DNA from: Candidatus Hydrogenedentota bacterium
GTDB taxonomy: Bacteria > Hydrogenedentota > Hydrogenedentia > Hydrogenedentales > SLHB01
Assembly (NCBI GenBank): GCA_029974275.1
Contig: JARKSN010000288.1
Span: forward strand, 14,231 to 78,230
Direction of reading: 5' to 3'
DNA: 64,000 nucleotides
The translations under genes and the position numbers were made by a program. Under the pieces are notes generated by a model. That model saw nothing but the letters and a program-made list of their open reading frames with translations. It did not search any database and was not told the DNA's origin. Positions 48,892 to 59,767 of this stretch are shown piece after piece. Position 1 is the first letter of the stretch. Every line of letters begins with the position of its first letter.

Positions 48892-49372
48892 CCGCATCGC
48901 GATCTACCCTGGCAGTTTCGATCCGCCGACCAACGGCCATCTCGACCTGATCCATCGTGCGCACACGATGTTCAGCAAACTCATCGTGGCTGTCGCGCGC
49001 AATAACGAAAAATCCTGCTTGTTCAGCGTGGAAGAGCGCATCGACATGCTGCACGCCATCACGCCGGATCTGCCGGACATCGAAGTGACCTCGTTCAGCG
49101 GCTTGACGGCGCAGTTTGCCCGCGAGCGTGGCGCGGTCGCGCTGGTGCGCGGCTTGCGCGTCGTGTCGGATTTCGAGTTTGAAATCACCATGGCAATCAA
49201 TAACCGCAAGCTCAATCCTGATATCGATACCGTATGCCTGATGCCAAGCGAGAAATACTTGCTCTTGAGTTCACGGCTTGTGCGGGAAGTCGCCCAATAC
49301 GGCGGCGATTTGTCCGATTACGTGCCGCCAATCGTAGCCGAACGCCTGCTCAATAAACTCGGGCGATCGTGA
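48884..49372 (+). CDS. coaD: Phosphopantetheine adenylyltransferase
   Basis: IAIYPGSFDPPTNGHLD(L)I is the nucleotidyltransferase HxGH-type motif. 162 aa. Confidence 0.9.
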   Translation: MSNRIAIYPGSFDPPTNGHLDLIHRAHTMFSKLIVAVARNNEKSCLFSVEERIDMLHAITPDLPDIEVTSFSGLTAQFARERGAVALVRGLRVVSDFEFEITMAINNRKLNPDIDTVCLMPSEKYLLLSSRLVREVAQYGGDLSDYVPPIVAERLLNKLGRS

Positions 49373-49471
49373 GGAAACGGCCTCGCGCAAACGCCGGAGC
49401 AACTCGGCGGAAAATGGCGCGCGTCATTTTCCCTCGTGTCCATGGGTGAACCAGGAAGGAAAGACCCCGTT

Positions 49472-52003
49472 ATGTCGTCGCCGCGCATTCATTTGATCTG
49501 CAATGCACACCTCGATCCTATCTGGCAGTGGAGTTGGGAAGAAGGGTTGACCGAAACCCTCGCAACATTCGAAGTCGCAGCAGACTTGCTGGATGAGTAT
49601 CCCGAGTTCGTGTTCAACCACAACGAGTCGCTGTTGTATGAGTGGGTGCGCGACTATCGCCCCGCCCTCTTCAAGCGCATTCAGAAATGGGTGAAGGCCG
49701 GGCGCTGGATCATCTCCGGCGGATGGTACGTGCAGCCGGACTGCAACCTGCCGTCGGGCGAGTCCTTCGTGCGGCAAGCGCTTATGGGGCGTTTGTTCTT
49801 CAAGAAACACTTCGGGATCATGCCCAAGGTCGCATACAACCTCGATCCGTTCGGGCATCACGGCAATCTGCCGCAAATGTTGCGCAAGACCGGCTTCGAG
49901 ACCTATGTCCACTTCCGTCCCGGTCCCGCTGAATGCCCTATCGACGGATTTGCGTATCGCTGGCGCGGCGTCGACGGCAGCGAGGTGCCCGCGTTACGGC
50001 CTCCGTGCGGATGGTACAACACCATGTCGCCGACGCAAGTCAACGACAAGATAAACGCGATGCAGGCTCTCCTGCAGGAAAAAGGCGTCGACGTCACGCT
50101 GTTCTGGGGAGCCGGCGATCACGGCGGCGGCGCGACCCGCGCCGACCTGGACCTGATCCGCGCGCGACAAAAACAGCACCCCGGAATCGTGCATGGGTCG
50201 CTCGAAGAATATGCCCAACGCCACCTCAAGCGCCTCGCCGCCGACGGCCCGCTGAAGGAGGGCGAACTGCAAAAATGCTTCACCGGCTGCTACACCAGCG
50301 TCATCGGCACGAAACAGCGCAACCGGCGCGGCGAAGGCCTTGCGCTGGCCGCGGAGCGCTATGCCGCGCTGGCGTGGTGGCTCTTGGGAAAACCCTATCC
50401 TGCCGAGAAGCTCGAGCGGGTGTGGAAACGCATCCTGTTCAACCAGTTTCATGACATTCTGCCCGGATCGTCGGTGCGCCCGGGCTTCCAAGGGTCCATC
50501 GAGATGTATGGCCACGCCTTCACCGAAGCCCGCGAACTCTTGCTCGAATCCCACCTGGCGCTGCTGCAACGCCGCAAGAAACGCATCCCCATGCCGCTGT
50601 GCATTTTCAATCCAATCGGCGAGAGACGTCGTCGCCCGGTCGAGGTGGAATTCATCGGCGCCACGCACCCGCATTTGCTCACCGGGAAATCGTTTCGTGT
50701 GCTCGACAGCAAGGGGCAACATGTGCCTTTCCAAAAGGTCGCGCCGATCAGCTATATCGGCGATTGGCAACCACGAATCCTTTTCGATGCCGACCTGCCC
50801 GCGATGGGAATGGCCGAATACCGTTTGGATCTTGTTGAGGGGCCATTGCCGAAAGCCAAGGCAGGGATCCGCGCAACGCGCAAAGGACAGCAAACGGCCT
50901 TTGCGACGCCGTTCTACACGTTGACAATGAACATGCGCACCGGCCTCATCGATTCGCTGGCGGTGCGCCCTGCCGCCGGCGGCCGCCCCAAGGAACTTAT
51001 CCGAAAAGGCGCAGGCGCGCTCATCCTGCGCGACGATATCGTGGACGCATGGGGCGGCGGACAACCGCATTACGGCAAAGTAGTCGGCAAATTCGCGTGC
51101 CCCTCCAAAACGGATCTGGCCGATGCCATCGGCGCCTACGACAGCCCCTGCGATGGCCCCGTGCGCATCATAGAAGAAGGCCCGCTGGCGACGCGTATCG
51201 AGGTGATCCAGACCTACAAGCGATCGGTGGCGCGCATTCGCTACACCCTGTACGCCACGCACCCGGAGATCGGCGTCGAACTGCTCTTGAACTGGTGCGA
51301 ACGCAAACGCGCATTGCAGTGGGCATTCCCGACTACATTGGACGGAGACCAGTATGTGACGGAAATTCCGCACGCCGCCATCGAACGCCCCGTCGGCAAC
51401 GGCGAGGAGCCGTGCGGACGCTGGACCGCTCTCCTTTCATCCGACGCGGCGACCGCGTTTGCGCTCGTAAACGACGGACCTGGCGGCGTGGACGTACGCA
51501 AAGGCGAATTGCGCCAGTCGCTGGTGCGCAGCGCCCTCTTCGGCAGCGGCGGATCCAGCGTCCCCTTTGATCGGTTGAGCGAACATATGGATCTCGGCGA
51601 ACATATGTACAAGTTCTTCTTGCGCTTCGGCGACGCCCAAAACGTGCGCGCGGACCTGACAGGGCTGGCCGCGGATTTAACAATGCCCCCCGCGGCCTAC
51701 ATCCATATTCCAATCGGCGCGGCGGACGTTGATGGGCTCGCGGCGGGAACCGACACGGTGCGAGTTGAAGGCGACAATGTGCATCTTGCGGCGCTCAAAC
51801 AGAGCGAGGACGGAAAAGCCCTAATCGTTCGTCTGGTCGAAACGGCCGGCGGCACGGCGCGCGCGAAACTTCGTGTGCCGGGCATCAAGGGCGGCGCAAC
51901 GCTCGCGTTCACCCGATACGAAATCAAGACCGTGCGCATCACGCGTCAAAAAGGCGCGTGTTCGTGGGTCGAATGCGATTTGTTGGAACGGCCCCTGCGG
52001 TAA
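49472..52003 (+). CDS. Glycoside hydrolase family 38 alpha-mannosidase (cytoplasmic, no signal peptide)
   Basis: Start MSSPRIHLICNAHLDPIWQW is the GH38 N-terminal signature. About 843 aa. Confidence 0.85.
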   Translation: MSSPRIHLICNAHLDPIWQWSWEEGLTETLATFEVAADLLDEYPEFVFNHNESLLYEWVRDYRPALFKRIQKWVKAGRWIISGGWYVQPDCNLPSGESFVRQALMGRLFFKKHFGIMPKVAYNLDPFGHHGNLPQMLRKTGFETYVHFRPGPAECPIDGFAYRWRGVDGSEVPALRPPCGWYNTMSPTQVNDKINAMQALLQEKGVDVTLFWGAGDHGGGATRADLDLIRARQKQHPGIVHGSLEEYAQRHLKRLAADGPLKEGELQKCFTGCYTSVIGTKQRNRRGEGLALAAERYAALAWWLLGKPYPAEKLERVWKRILFNQFHDILPGSSVRPGFQGSIEMYGHAFTEARELLLESHLALLQRRKKRIPMPLCIFNPIGERRRRPVEVEFIGATHPHLLTGKSFRVLDSKGQHVPFQKVAPISYIGDWQPRILFDADLPAMGMAEYRLDLVEGPLPKAKAGIRATRKGQQTAFATPFYTLTMNMRTGLIDSLAVRPAAGGRPKELIRKGAGALILRDDIVDAWGGGQPHYGKVVGKFACPSKTDLADAIGAYDSPCDGPVRIIEEGPLATRIEVIQTYKRSVARIRYTLYATHPEIGVELLLNWCERKRALQWAFPTTLDGDQYVTEIPHAAIERPVGNGEEPCGRWTALLSSDAATAFALVNDGPGGVDVRKGELRQSLVRSALFGSGGSSVPFDRLSEHMDLGEHMYKFFLRFGDAQNVRADLTGLAADLTMPPAAYIHIPIGAADVDGLAAGTDTVRVEGDNVHLAALKQSEDGKALIVRLVETAGGTARAKLRVPGIKGGATLAFTRYEIKTVRITRQKGACSWVECDLLERPLR

Positions 52004-52055
52004 AGGCTAAGATACGACGCAGCGACTGCCCATCGAATCCAGGAAACGCCGAGAC

Positions 52056-53231
52056 GTGACAACAGCAAAGCGAAAACAAGCCGCCGGACGCGGCGAAACG
52101 CCCCCCCCTTTCTTTGGCAAGGAGGTGCGCACACTCGTCGTGAAAATCGGCACGGCCCTGCTCAGCAACCAGCAAGGCTTCGACGGCGCCGTAATGGAAG
52201 GCATGGTCAAGGAACTGGCCGACCTCAAGAATAAACACGGCATCAACATCCTAATCGTGACCTCCGGAGCGGTCGGCTGCGGCATGCGCATACTCAACAT
52301 GCAGCAACGCCCAAGAACCCTTCCGCTCAAACAAGCCACGGCGGCCATCGGCCAGTCGCGCCTCATGCACTACTACGAAACTCTCTTCGAAGCCTATGGC
52401 GACGGCATCAAGGTCGGTCAGGTGCTGCTCAGCGCGCGTGAACTCGACGAACGGCGCAGCTACCTGAACATCCGCAACACCGTGAAAGCCCTCTTCGATC
52501 TCGGATGCGTGGTGCCCATCATCAACGAAAACGACTCCGTCGCCACCGACGAACTCTCCTTCGGCGACAACGATACGTTGGCCGCGCGCATCGCCGTCAA
52601 GATCGACGCCGACCTCTGCATCATCTTGAGCGATGTGGACGGGCTTTTCGACAAAAACCCCGCACGCCACGCCAACGCCAAACTCATCCGCCACGTCCCC
52701 TCGATCACGCCGGAAATCGAAGCCCTCGCAGGCGGCGCGGCGGGCGAGCATTCCATCGGCGGCATGAAGACCAAACTCGATGCGGCGCGCATCGCGTGCG
52801 CGGCAGGCGTTCCCCTGGTGATCGCGAATGGCCGCCGCAAAGAAGTGATTCATTCCGTGCTCGAAAACGCCGGCCCCATGACGACCTTCGGCAAGCCGCA
52901 TCACTCAATGCCGCAACGCAAACGCTGGATCGCGTTTGGACGCACCGCGCGCGGCCAGCTCGTCATCGACGACGGCGCCTGCAAAGCCCTATTGACCCAA
53001 GGGCGCAGCCTGTTGGCGGCGGGCGTCAAAGCCGTGAACGGCGTCTTCGACATGGGCGACAGCGTCCAGATCATCGACGGGACGGGGCGCGCCATCGCGC
53101 GCGGCCTTGTGAATTACTCAAGCGAGGACATTGCTCGCATAAAAGGAAAAAAAAGCGCCGAAATCAAGGGCATTCTCGGCCGCCAAGATTTCGACGAACT
53201 CGTCCACCGCGACAATCTGGCGCTTTTATAG
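52056..53231 (+). CDS. proB: Glutamate 5-kinase
   Basis: GTG start. AAK domain (VVKIGTALLS...) plus C-terminal PUA domain. Confidence 0.9.
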   Translation: MTTAKRKQAAGRGETPPPFFGKEVRTLVVKIGTALLSNQQGFDGAVMEGMVKELADLKNKHGINILIVTSGAVGCGMRILNMQQRPRTLPLKQATAAIGQSRLMHYYETLFEAYGDGIKVGQVLLSARELDERRSYLNIRNTVKALFDLGCVVPIINENDSVATDELSFGDNDTLAARIAVKIDADLCIILSDVDGLFDKNPARHANAKLIRHVPSITPEIEALAGGAAGEHSIGGMKTKLDAARIACAAGVPLVIANGRRKEVIHSVLENAGPMTTFGKPHHSMPQRKRWIAFGRTARGQLVIDDGACKALLTQGRSLLAAGVKAVNGVFDMGDSVQIIDGTGRAIARGLVNYSSEDIARIKGKKSAEIKGILGRQDFDELVHRDNLALL

Positions 53232-53392
53232 CCCTTTTTCCGCACGGACCGGATCGATCGCCCCCTCCCCGGAGAACGCACGATAAACGCGTCCGCGAAT
53301 CAAAACAACCGTTGCGTCATTGCCTGCAGGCTCTGTTTCGAGATACCCTGTACGCGAGACAGGAAGCGACAAGCTGCAAGGAAAGGTTCGCC

Positions 53393-54181
53393 ATGAATCT
53401 GCGTGATCTGGGACTCCGCATTCGGGCCCAACGCGAAAAGCGCGGCCTGAAACAGCAAGACGTCGCAAACGCGCTCGGCATCAGCCCGCAGGCGGTGTCG
53501 AAATGGGAACGCGGCGAAAACGCGCCGGACATTGCCGTGCTATCACCGTTGGCGCGGTTGCTGGGCGTGTCGGCGGATTGGTTGCTGGACGATGCGACGG
53601 ATCGGAAGGACGTGTTCGAAGCGACGGTGCTGGCGTCGAGTGTGCACGGAGCATACGAGCGGTCGTTGCATATGGAGCCGCGCGATTTCGCGGCGTGGGC
53701 GAACGGGTTGTTCTTCACGCTGACGGACACGACGCAACGGTATGGCGGTGTGCCGATCAAGTATATGGGTGATCAATTCCTCTGCTTCTTCTCGGGACAC
53801 GACCATGCGTCGCGCGCGGTGCAGACGGCCCTGCGCGCGAAGAGCATCATCGCCGAGGACCTTAAGATCGGTCTGAGCACCGGGCAAGTCTATCTCGGTT
53901 CGGTGGGCCACCCGGATTACGCGCGCCCAGACATCATGGGCGAGGTCGTGAACATCGCGTTCCTCACCCTCGGTTGGGCGGAAAACGAAACGAAGAGCGG
54001 CATTGCCGCCATGCAGGCCGTCCTCGACGCGGCGGACACGACTACTATCACGACCGTACGATCCAAAAAAGTGAGTTTCCGCTGCATCGAAAGACCGGTA
54101 GCCGTTTGCGAGATTGATCTAGCAACGCAAAGCAAAAAAAGTTTTGCCACAAAGACGCAAAGGAACAAAGGCGCAAAATAA
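53393..54181 (+). CDS. HTH-XRE DNA-binding domain fused to a class III nucleotidyl (adenylyl/guanylyl) cyclase homology domain
   Basis: Start MNLRDLGLRIRAQREKRGLKQQDVANALGISPQAVSKWERGENAP is an XRE HTH. Cyclase-like motifs follow: FFTLTDTTQRYG, KYMGDQFL, IGLSTGQVYLGSVG, DIMGEVVNIAF. The last ~20 codons (...FATKTQRNKGAK) are encoded by the family-2 repeat. Confidence 0.65.
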   Translation: MNLRDLGLRIRAQREKRGLKQQDVANALGISPQAVSKWERGENAPDIAVLSPLARLLGVSADWLLDDATDRKDVFEATVLASSVHGAYERSLHMEPRDFAAWANGLFFTLTDTTQRYGGVPIKYMGDQFLCFFSGHDHASRAVQTALRAKSIIAEDLKIGLSTGQVYLGSVGHPDYARPDIMGEVVNIAFLTLGWAENETKSGIAAMQAVLDAADTTTITTVRSKKVSFRCIERPVAVCEIDLATQSKKSFATKTQRNKGAK

Positions 54182-54350
54182 GAAGGACTCTTGTTTGCAT
54201 TATCTCTGCGAGGCTCTGCGTCCTCCGCGACTTTGCGTTGGGATATTGAACGCAGAGTTGCAGAGGACGCAGAGCCTCGCAGAGAAAGAGATATTGTTCT
54301 TCTTCTCCGTGTCTCCGTGGTGAATCTTAACCGTAAGAGGGAGAATGAAC
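54110..54350. repeat. Family-2 low-GC MITE-like element, copy 2c (3' end of cyclase gene to ahcY start)
   Basis: Left arm GCCACAAAGACGCAAAGGAACAAAGG; perfect 22-bp inverted repeat CTCTGCGAGGCTCTGCGTCCTC / GAGGACGCAGAGCCTCGCAGAG; right end GTGTCTCCGTGGTGAATCTTAACC matching copy 2b. Confidence 0.7.
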
Positions 54351-55790
54351 ATGTCAGTCACGGTCGAAAAAAGTTTGAAGCACAAAGTCGCGGACATGAG
54401 CCTGGCCGAGTGGGGCCGCAAAGAGATCGACATGGCCGAAAAGGAGATGCCGGGACTCATGGCGATCCGCGAACGCTATGCCGCAAAGAAACCGTTGAAG
54501 GGTGCGCGGGTATCGGGGTCGTTGCACATGACCATCCAGACGGCCGTGTTGATCGAGACACTCGTCGATCTCGGCGCGGATGTGCGTTGGGCAAGCTGCA
54601 ACATCTACTCGACGCAGGATCACGCCGCCGCCGCGATTGCTGCCGCGGGCGTGCCGGTGTTTGCGTGGAAGGGTGAGACGCTCGAAGAATATTGGTGGTG
54701 CACTGACCAGGCCCTGTGCTGGCCGGACGGTTCGGGCCCGAATTTGATCGTCGACGATGGCGGCGATGCGACGTTGCTGATCCATCGTGGCTGCGAGTTC
54801 GAGGAGCACTTCGCGAAGCACGGCAAGCTGCCGGAAGTCTGCCGCGACAACAAGGAAGTCACGATCATTGACGAACTGCTCCACAGCATCCACGCGCAAA
54901 CGCCGAACCGCTGGCACAATGTCGTGAAGGGATGGGTAGGCGTGTCGGAAGAGACGACCACCGGCGTGCACCGCCTCTACCAGATGATGCAGAAAGGTAG
55001 CCTGCGGACGCGCGCGATCAACGTCAACGATTCCGTCACGAAGTCGAAGTTCGACAACCTCTACGGCTGCCGCGAATCGCTGGCGGACGGCATCAAGCGC
55101 GCCACCGACGTCATGATGGCCGGCAAGGTCGTCGTCGTCGCGGGCTATGGCGACGTCGGCAAGGGCTGCGCCCAGGCCATGCGCGGTCTCGGCGCGCGCG
55201 TGATCATCACCGAGATCGACCCCATCTGCGCGTTGCAGGCGTGCATGGAAGGCTACCAAGTCACGACGATGGAAGAGGCCGCGCCGCTCGGCGACATCTT
55301 CGTCACGACGACCGGTTGCTGCGACGTCATTCGCGGCGAGCACATGCAAGCGATGAAGGACGAGGCGATCGTGTGCAACATCGGCCACTTCGATTCCGAG
55401 ATCGACGTCGCGTGGCTCGAAGCGCAACCGGGCGTCACGGAACTCAACATCAAGCCGCAAGTCGACAAATTCATCTTCCCCGACGGCCATTGCATCATCA
55501 TGCTCGCGCGCGGGCGTTTGGTGAACCTCGGCTGCGCGACGGGCCACCCGTCCTTCGTAATGTCCAACAGCTTCTCGAACCAGACCCTCGCCCAGATCTC
55601 GCTGTGGACCGAAAAAGAAAACTACGAAGTCGGCAAGGTCTACACGCTGTCGAAGAAGCTCGACGAAGAAGTGGCCGCGCTGCACCTCGGCAAACTCGGC
55701 GCGAAACTCACTCAGCTCAGCGAGAAGCAGGCCGCATATCTTGGCATTCCGGTCGAAGGACCCTTCAAGCCGGAACACTACCGCTATTGA
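54351..55790 (+). CDS. ahcY: Adenosylhomocysteinase
   Basis: Start [25 protein letters not shown], 8 nt after AGAGGGAG. NAD-binding [10 protein letters not shown]. About 479 aa. Confidence 0.95.
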   Translation: MSVTVEKSLKHKVADMSLAEWGRKEIDMAEKEMPGLMAIRERYAAKKPLKGARVSGSLHMTIQTAVLIETLVDLGADVRWASCNIYSTQDHAAAAIAAAGVPVFAWKGETLEEYWWCTDQALCWPDGSGPNLIVDDGGDATLLIHRGCEFEEHFAKHGKLPEVCRDNKEVTIIDELLHSIHAQTPNRWHNVVKGWVGVSEETTTGVHRLYQMMQKGSLRTRAINVNDSVTKSKFDNLYGCRESLADGIKRATDVMMAGKVVVVAGYGDVGKGCAQAMRGLGARVIITEIDPICALQACMEGYQVTTMEEAAPLGDIFVTTTGCCDVIRGEHMQAMKDEAIVCNIGHFDSEIDVAWLEAQPGVTELNIKPQVDKFIFPDGHCIIMLARGRLVNLGCATGHPSFVMSNSFSNQTLAQISLWTEKENYEVGKVYTLSKKLDEEVAALHLGKLGAKLTQLSEKQAAYLGIPVEGPFKPEHYRY

Positions 55791-55805
55791 AACCCCGGCG
55801 CTGCG

Positions 55806-57077
55806 TCACCGAAATGCAATGCCCCGAGCCTGACCCGTGCGCACGAGCCACTGACGGGCTTGGCCCGCGGTGAAAACAGAGCCCGTGATAAGCAGCGGCG
55901 TTTCGGGGCCGGCGCAATCGAGACCGAGACGAATCGCAGCGGCAAGGTCTTCTGCGTGACGATGGGGGTGGCAGCCCGCGACCGCGCGCAGCCTCTCGAT
56001 CGCCATGGCGCGAGCGCCCTCAAACTGGGTGAGGATAAGCGGCGCGGCAATGGGCGCAAGGGCGTCAATCATGGCGCCCGCGTCCTTGTCAGCGGCGACG
56101 GCAAGGACGACAACGGCGCGCGCAAACTCCTGGGCTAGCCGTTGCGCGCCCGCCGCGTTGTGGGCGACATCAATGATGACCGGCGGATCGTCCAAGACCC
56201 GCTCCAGACGGCATGGCCATTTCGCGGTCCGCAATCCTTCGACGATCGCGTCTTGCGTGATGCGCGGAAATCCGGCGCGCAACCCCTCCAGCGCGGCCGC
56301 CGCCACCGCCGCATTCTCGCCCTGGAAACGCCCGGCAAGACCCAATGGGCTCGCCTCGATCCGCAATCCGGCGCTCTCGTAGCAAAACGACTGGGCAAAC
56401 GGCGGACCGGTCACGCGGCAATCGAAATCCCGACCGATCGCCTTGACAGGGGCGCGGCATTCTCCGGCGCGGCTCAGGATGACGCTGCGCGGTCCGGGTT
56501 TGCGTTCTCCCACGACAAGCGGAACCCCGGGCTTGATAATTCCGGCTTTTTCGAAGGCGATTTTTTCAAGCGTGTCGCCAAGATACTGAAGATGGTCGAG
56601 ATCGATGGTGGTGATGACGGTCTCGATGGGCGCGATTACGTTGGTCGAATCAAAACGCCCGCCCATGCCCACTTCGATCACCGCGACATCGACCTCGCGG
56701 ACATCAAACCAGCGGAATGCGACTGCGGTGAGCAATTCAAAATACGTCGGCGGATGGCGAAGCCCTTGGGCGACATCGCGAAAAAAGGCGATATGCGCGT
56801 CCAGCTCTTCCGCGCCAATGGGCTGCCCATCAATCAAAAAACGCTCGGAAACGTCGACAAGATGAGGGCTCGTGTACCGGCCCGTGCGGTACCCCGCCGC
56901 GCCCAACGCCGCGCTCAAAAACGCCGCGACGCTTCCCTTGCCGTTTGTTCCGGCGACGTGCACATGCAACCGCCGGCTTTCGGGGCGTCCAGCCGCCGCC
57001 AGCAAAAAACGGATGTTCTCGAGCCCGAGCTTGATGCCGTGGAATTCAAGCCCGGCGAGATACTCGCGGGGCGTCAC
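55806..57077 (-). CDS. folC: Bifunctional folylpolyglutamate synthase / dihydrofolate synthase
   Basis: 423 aa. VAGTNGKGS P-loop. Mur ligase fold. Confidence 0.9.
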   Translation of the reverse strand: MTPREYLAGLEFHGIKLGLENIRFLLAAAGRPESRRLHVHVAGTNGKGSVAAFLSAALGAAGYRTGRYTSPHLVDVSERFLIDGQPIGAEELDAHIAFFRDVAQGLRHPPTYFELLTAVAFRWFDVREVDVAVIEVGMGGRFDSTNVIAPIETVITTIDLDHLQYLGDTLEKIAFEKAGIIKPGVPLVVGERKPGPRSVILSRAGECRAPVKAIGRDFDCRVTGPPFAQSFCYESAGLRIEASPLGLAGRFQGENAAVAAAALEGLRAGFPRITQDAIVEGLRTAKWPCRLERVLDDPPVIIDVAHNAAGAQRLAQEFARAVVVLAVAADKDAGAMIDALAPIAAPLILTQFEGARAMAIERLRAVAGCHPHRHAEDLAAAIRLGLDCAGPETPLLITGSVFTAGQARQWLVRTGQARGIAFR

Positions 57078-57925
57078 TGCGGCGTCAAATACCGAAGGAG
57101 CTTGCCAAGCAAGGGCCGCAATTCCGAGCGCTTGACGATTTGATCGATGAACCCGTTGGCAAATTGGTATTCAGCGCTCTGAAAGCCTTCGGGAAGTTTC
57201 ACCTTCAAAGCGCCCTCGATGAGCCGAGGCCCCGCAAAACCGATATGCGCATTGGGCTCGGCCAACGTAATATCGCCCAGACTGGCAAAACTCGCATACA
57301 CGCCCCCCGTAGTCGGATCGGTGAGCACGACAATATACGGAACGCCCGCCTCGTTCATCTCCAAAACGGCGTCCGCCGTCTTGGCCATCTGCATCAGGCT
57401 CAAAATGCCCTCTTCCATGCGCGCGCCGCCCGATGAGGTAAGCGTGATCAGGGGAACCCGCTCCCGAACCGCATCCGACGCGGCGCGGCAAAATTTCTCG
57501 CCCACCGCCGATCCCATGCTGCCGCCGCGAAACGTGAAATCCATGGCGGCCAACACCGTGCGCGACCCTTCCACGGCGGCAAAACCCGTCACCATAGCCT
57601 CATTCATCAAGGACTTCTGCTTGGCCTGGACCACCTTGTCGCGGTACGAATAATTCACCTCGCCGATGGAAAAACCCAACGGATCGTCGCTCTCAACGTC
57701 GGCATGGGTTTCCGCGAAAGTGCCCGGATCCGCAATCGTCTCGATGCGCTGCCGGGCGGACAGACGGCTGTGGTGCCCGCACAAAGGACAGACGGACAGG
57801 TTCTGCTCGACCTCCGCGCGGTACACCGCCTTTTTGCAGGCGGGACACTTCATCCAGAGACCGTCTGGAACGGCGCTCTTGCGCCCAATAACCGAAACGA
57901 AACGGCGGCGGCTCAAAAACGACAT
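57074..57925 (-). CDS. accD: Acetyl-CoA carboxylase carboxyltransferase subunit beta
   Basis: N-terminal Zn ribbon CPACKK...CPLCGHH. Carboxyltransferase domain. Confidence 0.9.
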   Translation of the reverse strand: MSFLSRRRFVSVIGRKSAVPDGLWMKCPACKKAVYRAEVEQNLSVCPLCGHHSRLSARQRIETIADPGTFAETHADVESDDPLGFSIGEVNYSYRDKVVQAKQKSLMNEAMVTGFAAVEGSRTVLAAMDFTFRGGSMGSAVGEKFCRAASDAVRERVPLITLTSSGGARMEEGILSLMQMAKTADAVLEMNEAGVPYIVVLTDPTTGGVYASFASLGDITLAEPNAHIGFAGPRLIEGALKVKLPEGFQSAEYQFANGFIDQIVKRSELRPLLGKLLRYLTPQ

Positions 57926-57940
57926 GGCGATTCCCGTCTC

Positions 57941-58735
57941 CTATGCGATCGGCGCGTTGACCGCGCCGGTCCCGTGAAACTCGGGGCAATACAGCAAGCG
58001 GCCGCAAAAATTGCACCCGTGCACGCGCCCGCCCAACACTTCGTTCACGATCTGCGCCGGCACGGCCATGTTGCAGCCAGAACAGTGATCGCCCCGAAGC
58101 GGCACCGCCGCGGGCCCCGTCTTCTTGCTGGCCCGAATGCGCTTGTACCGGTGCATCAACGCCGGCTCGACCTGCGCCGCAAGGGGAACGCGCCGGGTCT
58201 CAAGCGCCCCGCGTTGCCGGACGGCCTCGGCCAACTCCTCATCGATTGCCGCGCATTGGGCCGCAATCGATTTCATGTCGGACTCGATGCGCTTGCGATT
58301 CTCGGCCAAACTCACCTTGCCGTCATCAAGCTCCACCATGATGGAGATGACGCGCTCTTCCTGAATGGATATCTGCTTCTTAATCAGATCCATCTCGTGC
58401 AACAGCGCCTGGTATTCCTCGTTTTTCTTGACGCCCAGCAACTGCTGCTCGTACTTGGCCACTTGGCCCTTGTGCTTCTCGATCTCCCCTTCCGCCGCCC
58501 GCTGGGCCAACGTCAAATCGCGATACCCCTTCTCGCGCTCCTCAAGCTCGGAAGCAAGGCGCTTTCGCTGAATATCGAACTTGTTCTTCTGCTTAGGAAT
58601 CTCCAGCTCGCGCAACTTGCACGCCTCGATCTGCAAATCCAACTCTTGAAGCTCTAACAGCGTTTTCAACCGCGTGGTCTCCTCATCTCCGAATTCAACG
58701 AAAGCCCAACCCGGCAAATCCGTCCCGCGATTCAA
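57941..58735 (-). CDS. Zn-ribbon protein with long coiled-coil (COG1579-like)
   Basis: Coiled-coil heptads for ~200 aa, then C-terminal CSGCNM...CNFCGRLL C4 zinc ribbon. The start may be internal. Confidence 0.7.
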   Translation of the reverse strand: MNRGTDLPGWAFVEFGDEETTRLKTLLELQELDLQIEACKLRELEIPKQKNKFDIQRKRLASELEEREKGYRDLTLAQRAAEGEIEKHKGQVAKYEQQLLGVKKNEEYQALLHEMDLIKKQISIQEERVISIMVELDDGKVSLAENRKRIESDMKSIAAQCAAIDEELAEAVRQRGALETRRVPLAAQVEPALMHRYKRIRASKKTGPAAVPLRGDHCSGCNMAVPAQIVNEVLGGRVHGCNFCGRLLYCPEFHGTGAVNAPIA

Positions 58736-58771
58736 ATGAAAAGGCCGCAGCCAAAGCTGCGGCCCGGAACG

Positions 58772-59767
58772 TCACTTAATCCAGGGCATCATCTTACGAA
58801 GCCTGGCCCCCACCTCTTCAATGGGGTGGGCCGCATCGGCCGCCCGCAACTTCTTGAAGTTCTCGCCGCCAGCAGCATACTCGGCAAGCCACTCCTTCGC
58901 AAACTCGCCCGATTGAATGCGCTGAAGCGCGGCCCGCATGGCGTTTTTGGTCTCTTCGGTGACGATCTTCGGACCGACCGTCAAGCCGCCGTACTCGGCC
59001 GTGTCGCTCACGGAATAATTCATGAAGGCCAGACCGCCGCGGTAGTACAGATCAACGATCAGCTTGAGCTCGTGCATGATCTCGAAATACGCAATCTCCG
59101 GCTGATACCCCGCCTCGATCAGAACCTCAAAACCCGCCTTGATAAGCGCCGCCGAGCCGCCGCACAAAACCGTCTGCTCGCCAAACAAATCCGTCTCCGT
59201 CTCTTCCTTGAACGTCGTCTCGAGAATGCCCGCGCGACCGCCGCCCAACGCCTTGCCATACGCCAAGGCGATCTGCATCGCATTGCCCGTGGCATCCTGA
59301 TGAATCGCGACCAGACACGGCACGCCGCCGCCCCGCGCATACTCGTCGCGCACAAGGTGACCGGGGCCCTTCGGGGCGATCATGAACACGTCAGTCTTCG
59401 CGTCCGGCTGGATGCACTTGAAGTGAATGTTGAACCCATGGGCGAACATCAGCGCGCTGCCCGGCTTCAGGTTCGGCTGGATGAACTTCTCGTAAATCGG
59501 CTTCTGCACGGTGTCGGGAACCAAAATGACGATGATGTCGCCGCGCTTGGCCGCCTCGGCAGCGTCAACGACTTCAAAACCCGCCTCGGTCGCAGCCACG
59601 TAATTCTTGTTGTTCGGATCCTTGAGCTCAGCGACGATCACGTTGACGCCGCTGTCGCGCAGGTTCATCGCGTGCGCATGACCCTGACTTCCATAGCCAA
59701 CGATGCTGACGGTCTTGCCCGACAACACCGAAAGGTCCGCATCCGCATCGTAGAACATCTTACTCAT
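58772..59767 (-). CDS. ilvC: Ketol-acid reductoisomerase
   Basis: 331 aa. [22 protein letters not shown]-binding motif. Confidence 0.95.
   Translation of the reverse strand: MSKMFYDADADLSVLSGKTVSIVGYGSQGHAHAMNLRDSGVNVIVAELKDPNNKNYVAATEAGFEVVDAAEAAKRGDIIVILVPDTVQKPIYEKFIQPNLKPGSALMFAHGFNIHFKCIQPDAKTDVFMIAPKGPGHLVRDEYARGGGVPCLVAIHQDATGNAMQIALAYGKALGGGRAGILETTFKEETETDLFGEQTVLCGGSAALIKAGFEVLIEAGYQPEIAYFEIMHELKLIVDLYYRGGLAFMNYSVSDTAEYGGLTVGPKIVTEETKNAMRAALQRIQSGEFAKEWLAEYAAGGENFKKLRAADAAHPIEEVGARLRKMMPWIK

Noticed and set aside
54182-54350. SAH riboswitch upstream of ahcY
   Set aside because: ahcY commonly carries an SAH riboswitch. This leader consists of perfect 22-bp inverted repeats homologous to the elements in the suf operon, so a repeat element is the better explanation. 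It needs an Infernal check.
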